Assembly: GCA_963813155.1 (NCBI GenBank)
Contig: CAWEYG010000002.1
Location: forward strand, 480,001-544,000
DNA length: 64,000 bases
Origin: an uncultured Acidobacteriota bacterium
GTDB lineage: Bacteria > Acidobacteriota > Thermoanaerobaculia > UBA5066 > DATFVB01
Direction: 5' to 3'
The notes under the pieces were generated by a model. The model saw nothing but the letters and a program-made list of their open reading frames with translations. It was not told the DNA's origin and searched no databases. Positions 8,985 to 18,843 of the stretch are shown one piece after another. Positions within the stretch are counted from its first letter, which is position 1, and each line of letters opens with the position of its first letter. The position numbers and the translations under genes are program-made.

Positions 8985-10250
8985 ATGAGCTACGATTCGA
9001 CCATGGTCGCCGAGCGCCCGCATGCCGGCGCGAATCCCGACTCTCCGTTGCGCGGGGCGCGCGCGGCCCTGCTGCTCCTGACGGCCGTCAATCTTCTGAA
9101 CTATCTCGACCGCTACGTCGTGTCGGCGCTCGTCGAGAGCCTTCGACACTCCGAGCTTCATCTGTCCGACCCGCAGCTCGGCCTCCTCATGAGCTCCTTC
9201 CTCGTCTTCTACCTCGCCGCGTCGCCGATCTTCGGCGTCTGGGGGGACCGCGGATCCCGTCCGAGGCTCATCGCCGCCGGCGTCGCGCTCTGGAGCGGCG
9301 CCACCTCCCTGGCGGGGTTCGCGCAAAGCTTCCGCCACCTCCTTTTCGCGCGGTCGGCCGTGGGCATTGGAGAAGCTTCGTACGGAACGATCGCGCCGGC
9401 GCTTCTCTCCGACGCCTTCCCGGAGAACCGCCGGGGCCTCGTGATGTCGGTCTTCTACTCGGCGCTCCCGGTCGGGGCGGCGGCCGGCTACATCGCGGGC
9501 GGCCTGATCGACCGCCGGTTCGGCTGGAGGGCGGCGTTTCTGCTGGTGGGTTGTCCGGGGTTGATCCTTTCGTACCTCGTCTCGCGTCTCCCCGACTTCC
9601 CGCGCGCGGCCGCGACGGGAACGCCGGGCGCCCTTTCTTCGTTCGCGGGCCTGATCCGCAATCGCCCGTACCGGCTCACCGTGCTGGGATACGCCGCGTA
9701 CACGTTCGCGCTCGGAGCTCTCGCGTTCTGGACTCCGGCCTTTCTCGAGCGGGCGCGGGGGATGACGCGGGCGCAGGCGACGGTGCAGTTCGGGGTGATC
9801 GTCGTCGCGACGGGGTTCGCGGGCACCTTCGCGGGAGGCTGGCTCGCCGACTCGCTCCGCCGGAGAACCGCCCGGTCCGACCTGTGGGTCGCCGGCATCG
9901 CGACCCTCTCGGCGGTGCCGGTCGTCTGGGTCGCGTTCTCGACACAGAACCGGACCGTCTCCCTCGCCGCGATCACTCTTGCGGAGGTCCTCCTGTTTCT
10001 TCCCACCGGGCCCGCGAACGCCGCGATTCTCGGCGCGGCTCCGCCCGATCGGCGGGCGACGGCGATGGCCCTTTCGATTTTCGCGATCCATCTCCTCGGC
10101 GACGTTCCATCCCCCGTGCTGCTCGGCCTCCTGTCCCAGGCGACCTCCCTGCAGACCGCGTTTCGCTGGCTGCCGGCGCCGATCCTCCTGGCCGGCGTCA
10201 CGTGGTGCTACGCGGCCTCCCGCGGGGGCGGTTCCGCCCCGACTCACTAG
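8985..10250 (+). CDS. MFS transporter (spinster-like)
   Basis: NLLNYLDR, RSAVGIGEASYGTIAPALLSD, IHLLGDVPSP; start could also be ATG 9003. Confidence 0.88.
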   Translation: MSYDSTMVAERPHAGANPDSPLRGARAALLLLTAVNLLNYLDRYVVSALVESLRHSELHLSDPQLGLLMSSFLVFYLAASPIFGVWGDRGSRPRLIAAGVALWSGATSLAGFAQSFRHLLFARSAVGIGEASYGTIAPALLSDAFPENRRGLVMSVFYSALPVGAAAGYIAGGLIDRRFGWRAAFLLVGCPGLILSYLVSRLPDFPRAAATGTPGALSSFAGLIRNRPYRLTVLGYAAYTFALGALAFWTPAFLERARGMTRAQATVQFGVIVVATGFAGTFAGGWLADSLRRRTARSDLWVAGIATLSAVPVVWVAFSTQNRTVSLAAITLAEVLLFLPTGPANAAILGAAPPDRRATAMALSIFAIHLLGDVPSPVLLGLLSQATSLQTAFRWLPAPILLAGVTWCYAASRGGGSAPTH

Positions 10251-10297
10251 AAAAACGCCGGTATCCCGATTAAGATGGGCCCATCAAAGGAATCCCG

Positions 10298-10924
10298 ATG
10301 AACCCTGGGAAATTTGCCCGCCTCTCCGCCCTCGCGGCGGTCCTGGCGTTGCCCGCGATCGCGCATGCGGGGCGGGAAGCGCGGCTGACCATCGCCCTCG
10401 TCGGCGAAAACGGCGCTCCCGTCGGGGACGCCTCCGTGCTCGTCACGACGCCGAACCTCGGGAGCTATCGAAAGTCCCTGAAGACCGACGCGAGCGGGCA
10501 CGTCAACCTGGTTCTCATCGACGCGGACTGGCGCTATGTCGTGCGCGGCGACAAGTCGGGGTTCGTGCCGAGCCAGACGGAAGTCCAGGTGCCGCCGGGC
10601 GGCGCTCGAACCGTTTCGCTCACGCTTCACCCGCCGGTGGACGCTTCGGCCGAGAGCGCGAGCCCCGATGACCCGGAAGCGCTGTTCAATTCCGGGATGA
10701 AGCTCTACAACGCGGGCGATTTCCGGGCCGCCGGCGCGGCGTTCGCCCGAGCGACCCAGGTCAAACGCGACGCGGCGAAGAACTATTACTGGCTCGCGAT
10801 GTGCGAGATGAAAATGAAACGCTATGCCGAGAGCAAAGCGACGCTCCAGCGCTACCTCCAGATGGCCCCCGACGGCGACCTCGCGAAGTCGGCCCGCGAA
10901 ATGCTCGCCTCCCTCCCGAAGTAG
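10298..10924 (+). CDS. Secreted protein with carboxypeptidase-regulatory-like beta domain and TPR repeats
   Basis: Signal peptide, KTDASGH beta domain, C-terminal TPR helices (EALFNSG...YLQMAPDG). Confidence 0.8.
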   Translation: MNPGKFARLSALAAVLALPAIAHAGREARLTIALVGENGAPVGDASVLVTTPNLGSYRKSLKTDASGHVNLVLIDADWRYVVRGDKSGFVPSQTEVQVPPGGARTVSLTLHPPVDASAESASPDDPEALFNSGMKLYNAGDFRAAGAAFARATQVKRDAAKNYYWLAMCEMKMKRYAESKATLQRYLQMAPDGDLAKSAREMLASLPK

Positions 10925-10949
10925 AGAAACGCTAAGATAGGCGGTTCCA

Positions 10950-13690
10950 ATGGAGGGACTCCGAATGCGGTATGCCCCGGTGCGCGAACAATTCGACCCG
11001 ATTCTCCCCCACGTCGAAAAGCCGGGGCGGTATCTGGGTCTCGAGCGCAACGTGATTCGCAAGGATCTCGCGGCCGCGTCTGTCGACGCTCGCGCTCGCG
11101 TTTCCCGACACCTACGAGATCGGCATGTCGCACACGGGCTTGAAAATCCTGTACGAGATCGTCAACCGCCGTCCGGAGTGGGCCTGCGAGCGGGCCTACG
11201 CGCCGTGGGTGGATTTCGAGGCGCGGATGCGCGAGAAGGGAATTCCCCTCTTCACCGTCGAGTCGTTTTCGCCGGTCACCGACTTCGACGCGGTGGGATT
11301 TTCGCTGCAGGCGGAGGTCAATTACTCCAACGTTCTGAACATGCTCGACCTGGCGGGCATCCCGGTGCTCCAGAGCGAGCGCCGCGAAACCGATCCGATC
11401 GTCCTCGGCGGCGGCCCGTGCACCGCGAACCCCGAGCCGCTCGCGATGTTCTTCGACGCGTTCCTGATCGGCGACGCGGAAGAGGCGTTGCCGATTTTCC
11501 TGGAAGAGCTGACCCGGTGGAAACTCGGGCCGCGCTCCACGCAGGCAGGTCTTCGAGATCCCGAGGGAAAGCGAACTGCGGCCGAGGGTCGAGAAGACTC
11601 TGCCGAGCGGAGCGCGGCAGCCGGGCTCTCCCGATCAGACTTTCTCTGGAAACTCTCGCAGATCCCCGGCTTCTACGTCCCCTCCCTGTACGACGTCGAC
11701 TACAACGACGACGGCACGATCGCGCGAATCGCCCCGAACCGCCCGGGCGTCCCGGAAAAGGCGAAGCGGGTCTGGGTCGAGAAGCTCTCGGCCGAGGCGT
11801 ACCCCGAAAAGCCGATCGTGCCTTCCGTCGACATCGTCCAGGACCGCCTCGGGCTCGAGATCATGCGCGGCTGCACGCAGGGGTGCCGGTTCTGCCAGGC
11901 GGGCTACTGGTACCGTCCCGTTCGCGAGCTCGATCCCGACGCCGTCGCATCGATGACGAAGAGGTTCATCGACGAGACGGGCTGGTCGGAAGTCGGGCTT
12001 CTTTCGCTTTCGACCGCGGATTATTCGCAGATCGAGCCGCTCGTCTCCTGCCTCGCTCCGCAGCTCTCGGAGCAGCGCGTGTCGATCTCGCTCCCGTCCC
12101 TTCGCGCGGAGGCGTTCTCCGTCGGCCTCGCCGAAGCGGTGTCGGAGGTCCGCAAGTCGGGCTTCACGTTCGCGCCGGAAACCGGCTCCGACCGCCTCCG
12201 CCGGGTCATCAACAAGACGTTCACGAACGCCGACATGGTGCAGGCGGCCGACGCCGCGTTTTCCCGCGGGTGGGACCTGATCAAGGTCTACACGATGATC
12301 GGCCTCCCGACCGAAACGGAATCCGACCTCGACGAGCTCGTGACGCTCGTGCGCGAACATTCTCGCGCAGGGCCGGAAGCACGGCCGCAAGGGAGTGAAC
12401 GTGTCGGTCGGATCGTTCGTCCCGAAGTCGTGGACGCCCTTCCAGTGGTCCGAGTTCGACGGCGTCGAAAAGCTGCGCGAGAAGATCCGCTATCTCCAGG
12501 CGAAGTTCCGGAACGTCCGCGGCGCGAAGATGAAGAACCACTCCGCCGAGGAAGCGGAAATCGAGTGCGCGCTCTCGCGCGGCGACCGCCGGATGGGAAC
12601 GGTCCTGCTCGAGGCCTGGAAACGCGGCGCCAAGTTCGACGGATGGAGCGAGCATTTCCGGTACGCCACGTGGCACGAGGCGTTTTCCGCGTGCGGAATC
12701 TCGCCGCGCCAGTACCTGCGCGCCTACTCGCAGGACGAGATCCTTCCCTGGGACGTGCTCGATGCCGCGCTCACGAAGAAATTCCTGAAGATCGAATGGA
12801 TCAAGGCCGTGCACGAGCGCGAGACCGACGACTGCAAGTGGGGGCATTGCTACGCGTGCGGAGTTCCGGGCAACGGCGAGGACACGGTGCTCGCCTCGCC
12901 GATGCTGAGCACGCTGCCGGTCTCCGGCGCCGCGCCGGGCCTCCTGCCTTCGCTTCCCGCGGCGCCGTTGCCGGCCGCCCCGTCGCCCGCGGCCTACGTC
13001 GAGAAAGCGAAGGGCGCGGCTTACCGCCAGAAGGCGATGCCGGACGTTCCCCGGGCCGCGAAAGTCCGTCCCGGTTTCCCGACCGGTTCGCCGGCGCCCC
13101 GGCGCAAACAGCGAATCACGTTCACGAAGCTCGGCGACGCGCGCTTCCTGTCCCACCGGAACACGATGGACGCGTTCGAGCGCGGCATCCGCGCGTCGGG
13201 ACTGCCCGCGAGCTACTCGGAGGGATTCAATCCCCGCATGCGCCTTTCGATGGGTCCGGCGCTCGCGCTCGGCCTCGAGTCGCGCCAGGAAGTGTTCGAC
13301 CTCGAGTCCGCCTCCGAGCTTCCGCAGGACGCCGCGGGCCGGATCAACGCCCGGCTCCCGGACGGTCTTCGCGTGACCCGCGTCGAGGAGCTCTCTCCGG
13401 GCGCCCCGCCGCTCTCGAAGGCGATCCGCTCCGCCGAGTACTCGGTCCGCCTCGACTCCGGTCTCGCCGACCGGGCGCGCCGGCTCGTCGAAGGTCCGCG
13501 GCCCGCGATCCCGGCGCTGACCGCGCTCCGGCTCGACGAAACCGGAGAACACCTGCGCTTCGCGGTCAACCTCGACCCGGCGGCGGGCGAGACCGCCTCG
13601 GCCAAGCAGATCGTCGGATCGCTCTTCGATTTTCCGCCCGAGGAGATCGTCTCGCTGTCGATCACGCGCGAGGCGATGGTTCTCGGCTGA
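10950..13690 (+). CDS. TIGR03960-type radical SAM protein fused to a TIGR03936/DUF2344-like domain; two frameshifts (~11085, ~12350)
   Basis: VEKPGRYLG / FPDTYEIGMSH, RGCTQGCRFCQAG (CxxxCxxC), FVPKSWTPFQW, RFLSHR...YSEGFNPRMRLS. Three ORF-track pieces join into one protein. Confidence 0.85.
11529..11618 (+). repeat. Hairpin repeat copy 1, in frame inside the radical SAM CDS
   Basis: Core GAGATCCCGAGGGAAAGCGAACTGCGGCCGAGGGTCGA at 11555-11592 is identical to 18921-18958 and to the reverse complement of 24041-24078. Confidence 0.9.
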
Positions 13691-13700
13691 CGGCGGCCGA

Positions 13701-14072
13701 ATGCCCTACCGAGTCACCGTCGAGGCCCGGTTCGAGGCAGCGCACGCGCTCCTCCACTACCGGGGCCAGCCGGAGCCGCTGCACGGCCACTCCTACCGCG
13801 TGGAAGTCGTGATCGAGGCTTCGCGCCTCGACGCGGACGACCTCGCCGCCGACTTCGTCGCCGCGAAACAGCTCGTCCGCGAAATCGCGGCGGAGCTCGA
13901 CTACCGCAATCTCAACGATCACCCGGAGTTCGCGGGAAAGAACACGTCGGCCGAGAACCTCGCCCGGCACTTCGCCGACCGGGTGGAGCGCTCGGCGAAG
14001 CTCTCGCCTGCACGCGTCGCCGAGGTCACCGTTTGGGAAGGCCCGGAGAACCGGGCGACCTACCGGCCCTGA
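13701..14072 (+). CDS. queD: 6-carboxy-5,6,7,8-tetrahydropterin synthase
   Basis: FEAAHAL...LHGHSYRVEV, LDYRNLND, TSAENLA, VWEGP. Confidence 0.85.
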   Translation: MPYRVTVEARFEAAHALLHYRGQPEPLHGHSYRVEVVIEASRLDADDLAADFVAAKQLVREIAAELDYRNLNDHPEFAGKNTSAENLARHFADRVERSAKLSPARVAEVTVWEGPENRATYRP

Positions 14073-14547
14073 TTTCGAGCGCCATGTACCGGACCCCGGG
14101 GACGGGATTGAACGCGTAGGGCGGAGTGTCCCGGAATCCGAGGCGTCCGTAGAGCGCCTGCGCCTCGCCCATGCTCGGGAGCGTGTCGAGGACGATCCGG
14201 CTGTAACCGGCCGAAGCGGCCTCGGAAAGGATGAGCCGGACGAGGCGGCCTCCGAACCCGCGGCCCCGGAATTCGGGCCGCACGAAGAGGCGCTTCATCT
14301 CGCCGGTGCGCTCGTCGACCGGGCGCAGGCCGACGGTGCCCGCGAACCCGCCGTCGGCCAGCGCGAGGAACAGGCGTCCGCGGGGCGGAGCGTAATCGCC
14401 GGGAAGCGACGCGAGCTCCTTTTCGAACGACTGGAAACAGAGATCGACGCCGATCGAACGCTGATACTCGAGAAAGAGCTCCCGGGTCCGGTCGAGCAGG
14501 GCCGGGGTATCGGGGTAAATCGTCTCGAGTGCCGACTCTTCGCTCAT
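14026..14547 (-). CDS. GNAT family N-acetyltransferase
   Basis: LCFQSFEKELASLPGDYAPP, EMKRLFVRPEFRGRGFG, LDTLPSM..AQALY. Confidence 0.9.
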   Translation of the reverse strand: MSEESALETIYPDTPALLDRTRELFLEYQRSIGVDLCFQSFEKELASLPGDYAPPRGRLFLALADGGFAGTVGLRPVDERTGEMKRLFVRPEFRGRGFGGRLVRLILSEAASAGYSRIVLDTLPSMGEAQALYGRLGFRDTPPYAFNPVPGVRYMALEIRAGRSPGSPGLPKR

Positions 14548-14587
14548 GGTGAAAGCACCATTCTAGCGAAGGAAAAATCAGTCCACT

Positions 14588-15643
14588 TCAGTCCGCGAGC
14601 GCACCCCGGCGACCATACGGCCGAACCTTGAAGCCCCACCGGGGGACCGAGCGCCGGTAGGCGGCGTACTCGGGGGAAAAGCGCGAAGCGAGCGCGCGCT
14701 CTTCGTAGAGCACGACGAAGAGGTGGAACGCGACGAACACGCCGACCGCGTATTCGAGAAGGACGGCGCTCCGAAAGAGCCAGGCCTCCCCGAGAATCGC
14801 CGCGAGGACGCCGTTGTACATCGGGTTGCGCGTGTGGCGATAGAGCCCGGCGACGACGAGCCGCTTCGGGGGATCGACGGGAGCGAGCGTGCCCTGTCCC
14901 GTCGAGAAAAAATCCCACACGCAGCGAAGCACCACGGCGACTCCCGCGAGGAGCAGGAGAGCGCCGCCCGCCGACGAGGCGGAGAGTCGGGGCCGGATGA
15001 GGCCGTTGGAAGTGCGAAGGATGAGGAACGCAAAGTAGCCGCCGACGGTGCCCGGCAGGAGAAGGACGAAGGCGGCCGCGCGAAGGGCCAGCGCGAACGG
15101 GAACGCCGCGGAGGAATCTCGCATCGGGCGCCGATTCATCGCGGCGGGCGACCCGGGCCCTTCGGATTCCAGCGCGGAGGAGACCCACTGGCGGACCGCC
15201 GGCTGCAGCTCCGCGTAGGCCTCCCAGGCGGCGCGGGCCCATTCCTCGACCGCGCGATGGTGCTCCTCGGCCGACGACGCTCGGGCGACGTCGCCGATCG
15301 TCATCGCGCCGCGGGCGGCGGGAAAAGGCGGCCGGACGAGCTGCGGGTGGCTCTCCACCCAGCGCCGGATCGGCTCGCTCGGAGCCGCAAGGCTTCCCCC
15401 GTATTCGAGCGACCAGCAGAGGTGCCCGAGGTGCGCCGCGAGCGACTTGAACGACGCGCAGTACTGCTCGGGGTGCTGCACGCAGTAGACGTCGACGAAC
15501 AGGCGGTGGACCCCGAAGTAGGCGGCGTCGCTGAAGTGCCGCGCCAGCAGCTCGTCCCGGATCGCCTGGCAGCCCGCAGTCGCGCCCGAGACCTCGAGGC
15601 CGCAGCCGCCGCAGCGATCCGCGGGCCGTTGCAATGAGCTCAC
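14588..15643 (-). CDS. In-frame fusion: DUF5946-like N-terminal half + isoprenylcysteine/phospholipid methyltransferase-like membrane domain
   Basis: CGGCG...HRLFVDVYCVQHP...SLAAHL, then GQGTLAPVDPPKRLVVAGLYRHTRNPMY...EERAL..RF..EY..Y. Confidence 0.75.
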   Translation of the reverse strand: MSSLQRPADRCGGCGLEVSGATAGCQAIRDELLARHFSDAAYFGVHRLFVDVYCVQHPEQYCASFKSLAAHLGHLCWSLEYGGSLAAPSEPIRRWVESHPQLVRPPFPAARGAMTIGDVARASSAEEHHRAVEEWARAAWEAYAELQPAVRQWVSSALESEGPGSPAAMNRRPMRDSSAAFPFALALRAAAFVLLLPGTVGGYFAFLILRTSNGLIRPRLSASSAGGALLLLAGVAVVLRCVWDFFSTGQGTLAPVDPPKRLVVAGLYRHTRNPMYNGVLAAILGEAWLFRSAVLLEYAVGVFVAFHLFVVLYEERALASRFSPEYAAYRRSVPRWGFKVRPYGRRGALAD

Positions 15644-15652
15644 GAGCGCAGT

Positions 15653-16333
15653 TTATCTCGCGGCAGCCGATCGAGCGGCGCGCGTGTCCCGCGCGAAAGA
15701 AATCCCGGCCGCGATCATCCACACGGGAAGCGCGTAAGCCGCGACTCTCTCCATCCCTCCAACGCCGACTCCCAAGTAGTGTCCGGAGACGAAGAGCCCC
15801 ATCGCGAGCAGACCCGCGACGCCGAGGAGAACGGCAGAGTTCGCGAGCCCCGGGCGCCGGCCGTCACGGGCCAGCGCGCGGCCTAGCGGAATCATCCCGA
15901 GGTTGCCGAGAATGAGGATCGCCGCCGCGCCGAGCGCGTGGTATTTGAAATACACGTTTTCCGGGAACGCGCCGACGGCGATGTTGCCGAGGCCCCCGAC
16001 GACGAGACACCCGGCCCCTGCGGACCGGGCGAATCCCGGAGGAAACGCGCGGAAGAGGAGCAGCACGCCGACGGCAATGAGGAGCCCCTGCACCGCGAAG
16101 GACGCGTTCATCGCGGCGTGCCAGGGCGAGCACACGTATTTGGACGACCCGGCCGGGTAGGGCCCGCACGCCGTGTTCCCGAGGTCGCTGATGTAATTCC
16201 GGATCAGGCTGAATGGGCGCGTCCACGCCGATTGAGCGACCGCCTGCATCACGAAGAATTGAACGGCGCAGATCCACACGACGGCCCCGAGCCGGACCGC
16301 TCGTCCCGCTTTCGCTTCCGGATCTCGAGTCAC
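15653..16333 (-). CDS. DUF998-like membrane protein
   Basis: GTGA overlap with the upstream gene; NYISDLG..C...CSPWHAAMN, VGAFPEN, GVGGMERVA. Confidence 0.8.
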   Translation of the reverse strand: MTRDPEAKAGRAVRLGAVVWICAVQFFVMQAVAQSAWTRPFSLIRNYISDLGNTACGPYPAGSSKYVCSPWHAAMNASFAVQGLLIAVGVLLLFRAFPPGFARSAGAGCLVVGGLGNIAVGAFPENVYFKYHALGAAAILILGNLGMIPLGRALARDGRRPGLANSAVLLGVAGLLAMGLFVSGHYLGVGVGGMERVAAYALPVWMIAAGISFARDTRAARSAAAR

Positions 16334-16995
16334 GCCGGAGCCGACCAGGAAAAGACCTCCTCTGTCGGCGGCCCCAGCGGCTGCGTGTCGGGGTCGATGC
16401 CCGTGAACTGAAGGACCTGGTCCTTGAACCAGCGATGGAATGTCTCCTGGGCAGCCGCGTACTGGGGGGCTCGCTGCGCGGGCGCGTCCACGTCCGTCAC
16501 CCCGATCACCCACGTGCCGTGCTCGTGCTTCTGCACGTGCCACGACTCGTGCCGCACGCCGAGTCCGGCGTAGAACACGGTGGCCTCGGCTGCGCGCTCT
16601 TTCGCGAGCGCGGCGGCAAACGCCCGCAGCCCCGCTTCCTTTCCGGGAAGCACCGGGAAAGCTCGAACGACGAGTGCCATGGATCCTCCCTTTTCTCCTG
16701 CGCTCCCGCGAGCGGCGTTCAACGCGTCTTTTGCGCCCTGAACCGCCAGAACGTACGAACGGCCGAGGACAACCCCGAGAACCCCGCTGATCACGGCGCT
16801 GACTTTACGCGGCGGATTGCCGAAGTATCCAAGGAACGCCGACGCGACGAAATTACCGGCCAGGAAAAACTGGAACGCCCAGGAAAGCGTTGGATGACGA
16901 CGGAAATACGGGTCGACGCCAGCGAGAAGGAAGGCGACCGCGATGCAGACCGCGGGCACGCCGAGAACGAGCAGCCCGAACGTCAGGTCAGACAT
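16330..16995 (-). CDS. Hypothetical: small three-TM protein running in frame into a small soluble domain with its own RBS and ATG at 16680
   Basis: ATG 16995 gives a hydrophobic segment; internal GGAGG-atcc-ATG gives MALVVRAFPVLPGK...GVRHESWH...WFKDQVLQFTGIDP. Confidence 0.6.
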   Translation of the reverse strand: MSDLTFGLLVLGVPAVCIAVAFLLAGVDPYFRRHPTLSWAFQFFLAGNFVASAFLGYFGNPPRKVSAVISGVLGVVLGRSYVLAVQGAKDALNAARGSAGEKGGSMALVVRAFPVLPGKEAGLRAFAAALAKERAAEATVFYAGLGVRHESWHVQKHEHGTWVIGVTDVDAPAQRAPQYAAAQETFHRWFKDQVLQFTGIDPDTQPLGPPTEEVFSWSAPA

Positions 16996-17030
16996 GGAGT
17001 TTCTCGGGGCGGGTTCGCTGCAGCGAGACG

Positions 17031-17300
17031 CTACGGGCGCGAGACCAGAGGGAACCGCGCGGGGTCCTCGATGGATTCGAGCGAGAGATCGATGTCGAGC
17101 GAAGGCCAATACAGGTGGGCGAGGCTGGGGCGCTGAACATCCAGAATCTGCGCAACCGGAGCCTCCCGGAACCAGGGAAACTCCGAGAAAGGAACAAAGA
17201 CCTTCCGGTCTCCCAGGAAAATCCAGAAACCGTTCTCGGAGATGTTCTCAACGGTCGCCCGGAAAGTGTCGGTGCCAAGCTTGTCGGATTTCGTGCTCAT
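17031..17300 (-). CDS. DUF2442-like protein (putative antitoxin-type)
   Basis: VENISENGFWIFL...FVPFSEFPWFREAPVAQILDV...HLYWPSLDIDLSLESIEDPARFPL. Confidence 0.8.
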   Translation of the reverse strand: MSTKSDKLGTDTFRATVENISENGFWIFLGDRKVFVPFSEFPWFREAPVAQILDVQRPSLAHLYWPSLDIDLSLESIEDPARFPLVSRP

Positions 17301-17349
17301 GGCGTTTGATCAGCTCCTGAATTCTACCAAGCTCTCGCTCGGGCACGCC

Positions 17350-17496
17350 GAAGCATTGGCTCGGCGAGCGAGGAAAGACAGCCGCGAGGCGGCCCCTCCC
17401 GGAAGATTGTGGGACTCACGTCGTCCGGGCCCCGAACGAGCCGGCATCAGCGGCAAAGCCAGCACGCCGACGCCCGATGCAAGCCGACTTTTGGCC
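17350..17496 (-). mobile_element. Degenerate second attC-like site
   Basis: Minus strand GGCCAAAAGTCGGCTTGCATCGG resembles the start of attC1 (GGCTAACATCGGCTTGCAGCGG). It shares CAGCGGCAAAGCC (17448-17460) with attC1 (18107-18119). The distal end is not recognisable, so that boundary is approximate. Confidence 0.5.
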
Positions 17497-17499
17497 GGG

Positions 17500-18032
17500 G
17501 TCACATTTCGAGCGAGTCCTCGTCAATCGGTACGTGACGTCAAAGATGACATTTCTCGCCGTCTGGGCACATCGCCTCGAGTACCTCCCAATTCAAGCAG
17601 CAGGTAGACCGACGCGGCCCGTCGCTGAGACAGGGTCACGGCCAGCACAGTCTCGCCCTCGTGAGAACGTACTCGAGCAACACGTGCGGCGTCTGAAAGA
17701 CCAGCCGCCCGGGCAGTAATCTTCCAATCGGCCGAACAAAGCCGAACCTAAAATGTCTTGCGCTTGGTGAACCCGGAACGGTCATCGTTGTATTGCAAGA
17801 GCGTCATGTTGCCGTCGGAACGGAGATCAAGCTTCAGTCGAACCGCCCCCTTGGCCTTGTGATGACCGTTTACGGTACACGCGCCAGCCTGCCGCGCACT
17901 CAGTGTTCCGACCCATTCGCCCGAAAGGCTTTCAAGACCTTGGCCTTTCAGGTCTGGTGGTGGAGAGAGCGGCGGCGCAGTTGTACAACCCACGAACAAG
18001 CCCACGCTCACCAGCAGGGTTCGTGCACACCC
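17500..18032 (-). pseudogene. Degraded cassette ORF, putative lipoprotein
   Basis: LLVSVGLFVGC lipobox-like segment with no in-frame start after attC1; stop at 17748, then coding-like text continuing in shifted frames up to the second attC. Confidence 0.45.
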
Positions 18033-18192
18033 CTGTATCGGGAACCTGGTTGAGCGGCCCGACGACCCGAGTTGCCGCCCTCGCACGAAGCTTCGGCGCG
18101 GGGAACCAGCGGCAAAGCCGTGGGGCGCGCGCTTGCCACGCGACAGCTCGCCGCGCGAGCGAAGGCCGATCCGCTGCAAGCCGATGTTAGCC
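18033..18192 (-). mobile_element. Integron attC recombination site
   Basis: R'' GGCTAAC lies 7 nt after the cassette stop. L'' TTG[C]AGCGG pairs with CCGCTCAA leaving the typical extrahelical base. R' appears degenerate (GATACAG). Confidence 0.75.
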
Positions 18193-18199
18193 CGCGACC

Positions 18200-18616
18200 C
18201 TAGCACGCGATATACCTCGTGCCGTTTCCGAGCTTTCCACTCCCGACGATAGTGACAAGGTCTTTCATGCTTAACTTCACGTCGCGGATTGGGGGTCTCT
18301 CATCGCTCACATAATACGAATGGAAGATGACGCCGTCGCGAGCCTTCTCAGCCAAGAACTTGAGCGTGGCAGTTATCTTTGGAAGTGCTTCGGGTTCAAT
18401 AGAAAGCGATGGCCCCGAGTTCTCGGAGTCTTTCGCCAGGAAGCGGCAAGAGCATTCGTCAGGCCCGGCGGTAATTCGGAAGCGACAGGCCTCGGTCTTC
18501 TTGGGAACGCGCTCTGCCCACAACGTTAGCAACGAGCGCCGAGCCGCCTCCTTCGTCATGTCGCCCGCCTTCTTCGGGTTCACACCGGGAAGTTCGACTT
18601 CGATCATCAAACACAT
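18200..18616 (-). CDS. Hypothetical gene-cassette protein
   Basis: Visibly lower GC than the host genes; ATG 14 nt after GTTAGTC; flanked by GTTAGTCCGCGA ... TCGCGGGCTAAC. Confidence 0.7.
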   Translation of the reverse strand: MCLMIEVELPGVNPKKAGDMTKEAARRSLLTLWAERVPKKTEACRFRITAGPDECSCRFLAKDSENSGPSLSIEPEALPKITATLKFLAEKARDGVIFHSYYVSDERPPIRDVKLSMKDLVTIVGSGKLGNGTRYIAC

Positions 18617-18630
18617 GGCTGACCCTCGCG

Positions 18631-18715
18631 GACTAACATGTATTCGGCATCCCAACGAGCTTCGTCAAACGCGACCAAAAACGCCATCCCGGCACCTCCG
18701 CGCACGCTCATTCTA
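18631..18715 (-). mobile_element. attI-like site with candidate cassette promoter
   Basis: GCCGAATACAT-GTTAGTC core (GTTRRRY-like, one deviation) with no attC-type palindrome upstream; TAGAAT -10 candidate at 18710-18715. Confidence 0.55.
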
Positions 18716-18843
18716 CGGCTAACCCCTTCTCCTGCTTGGGATCGCGGACCTCGCCGCGGTCCATTCGCTCTTCCTATCGCGGAGGATGGGGAAAAGGGGA
18801 CATCAGGAAGATTGCTCGATTGCGGGATTGCGCGAATGCTCGA

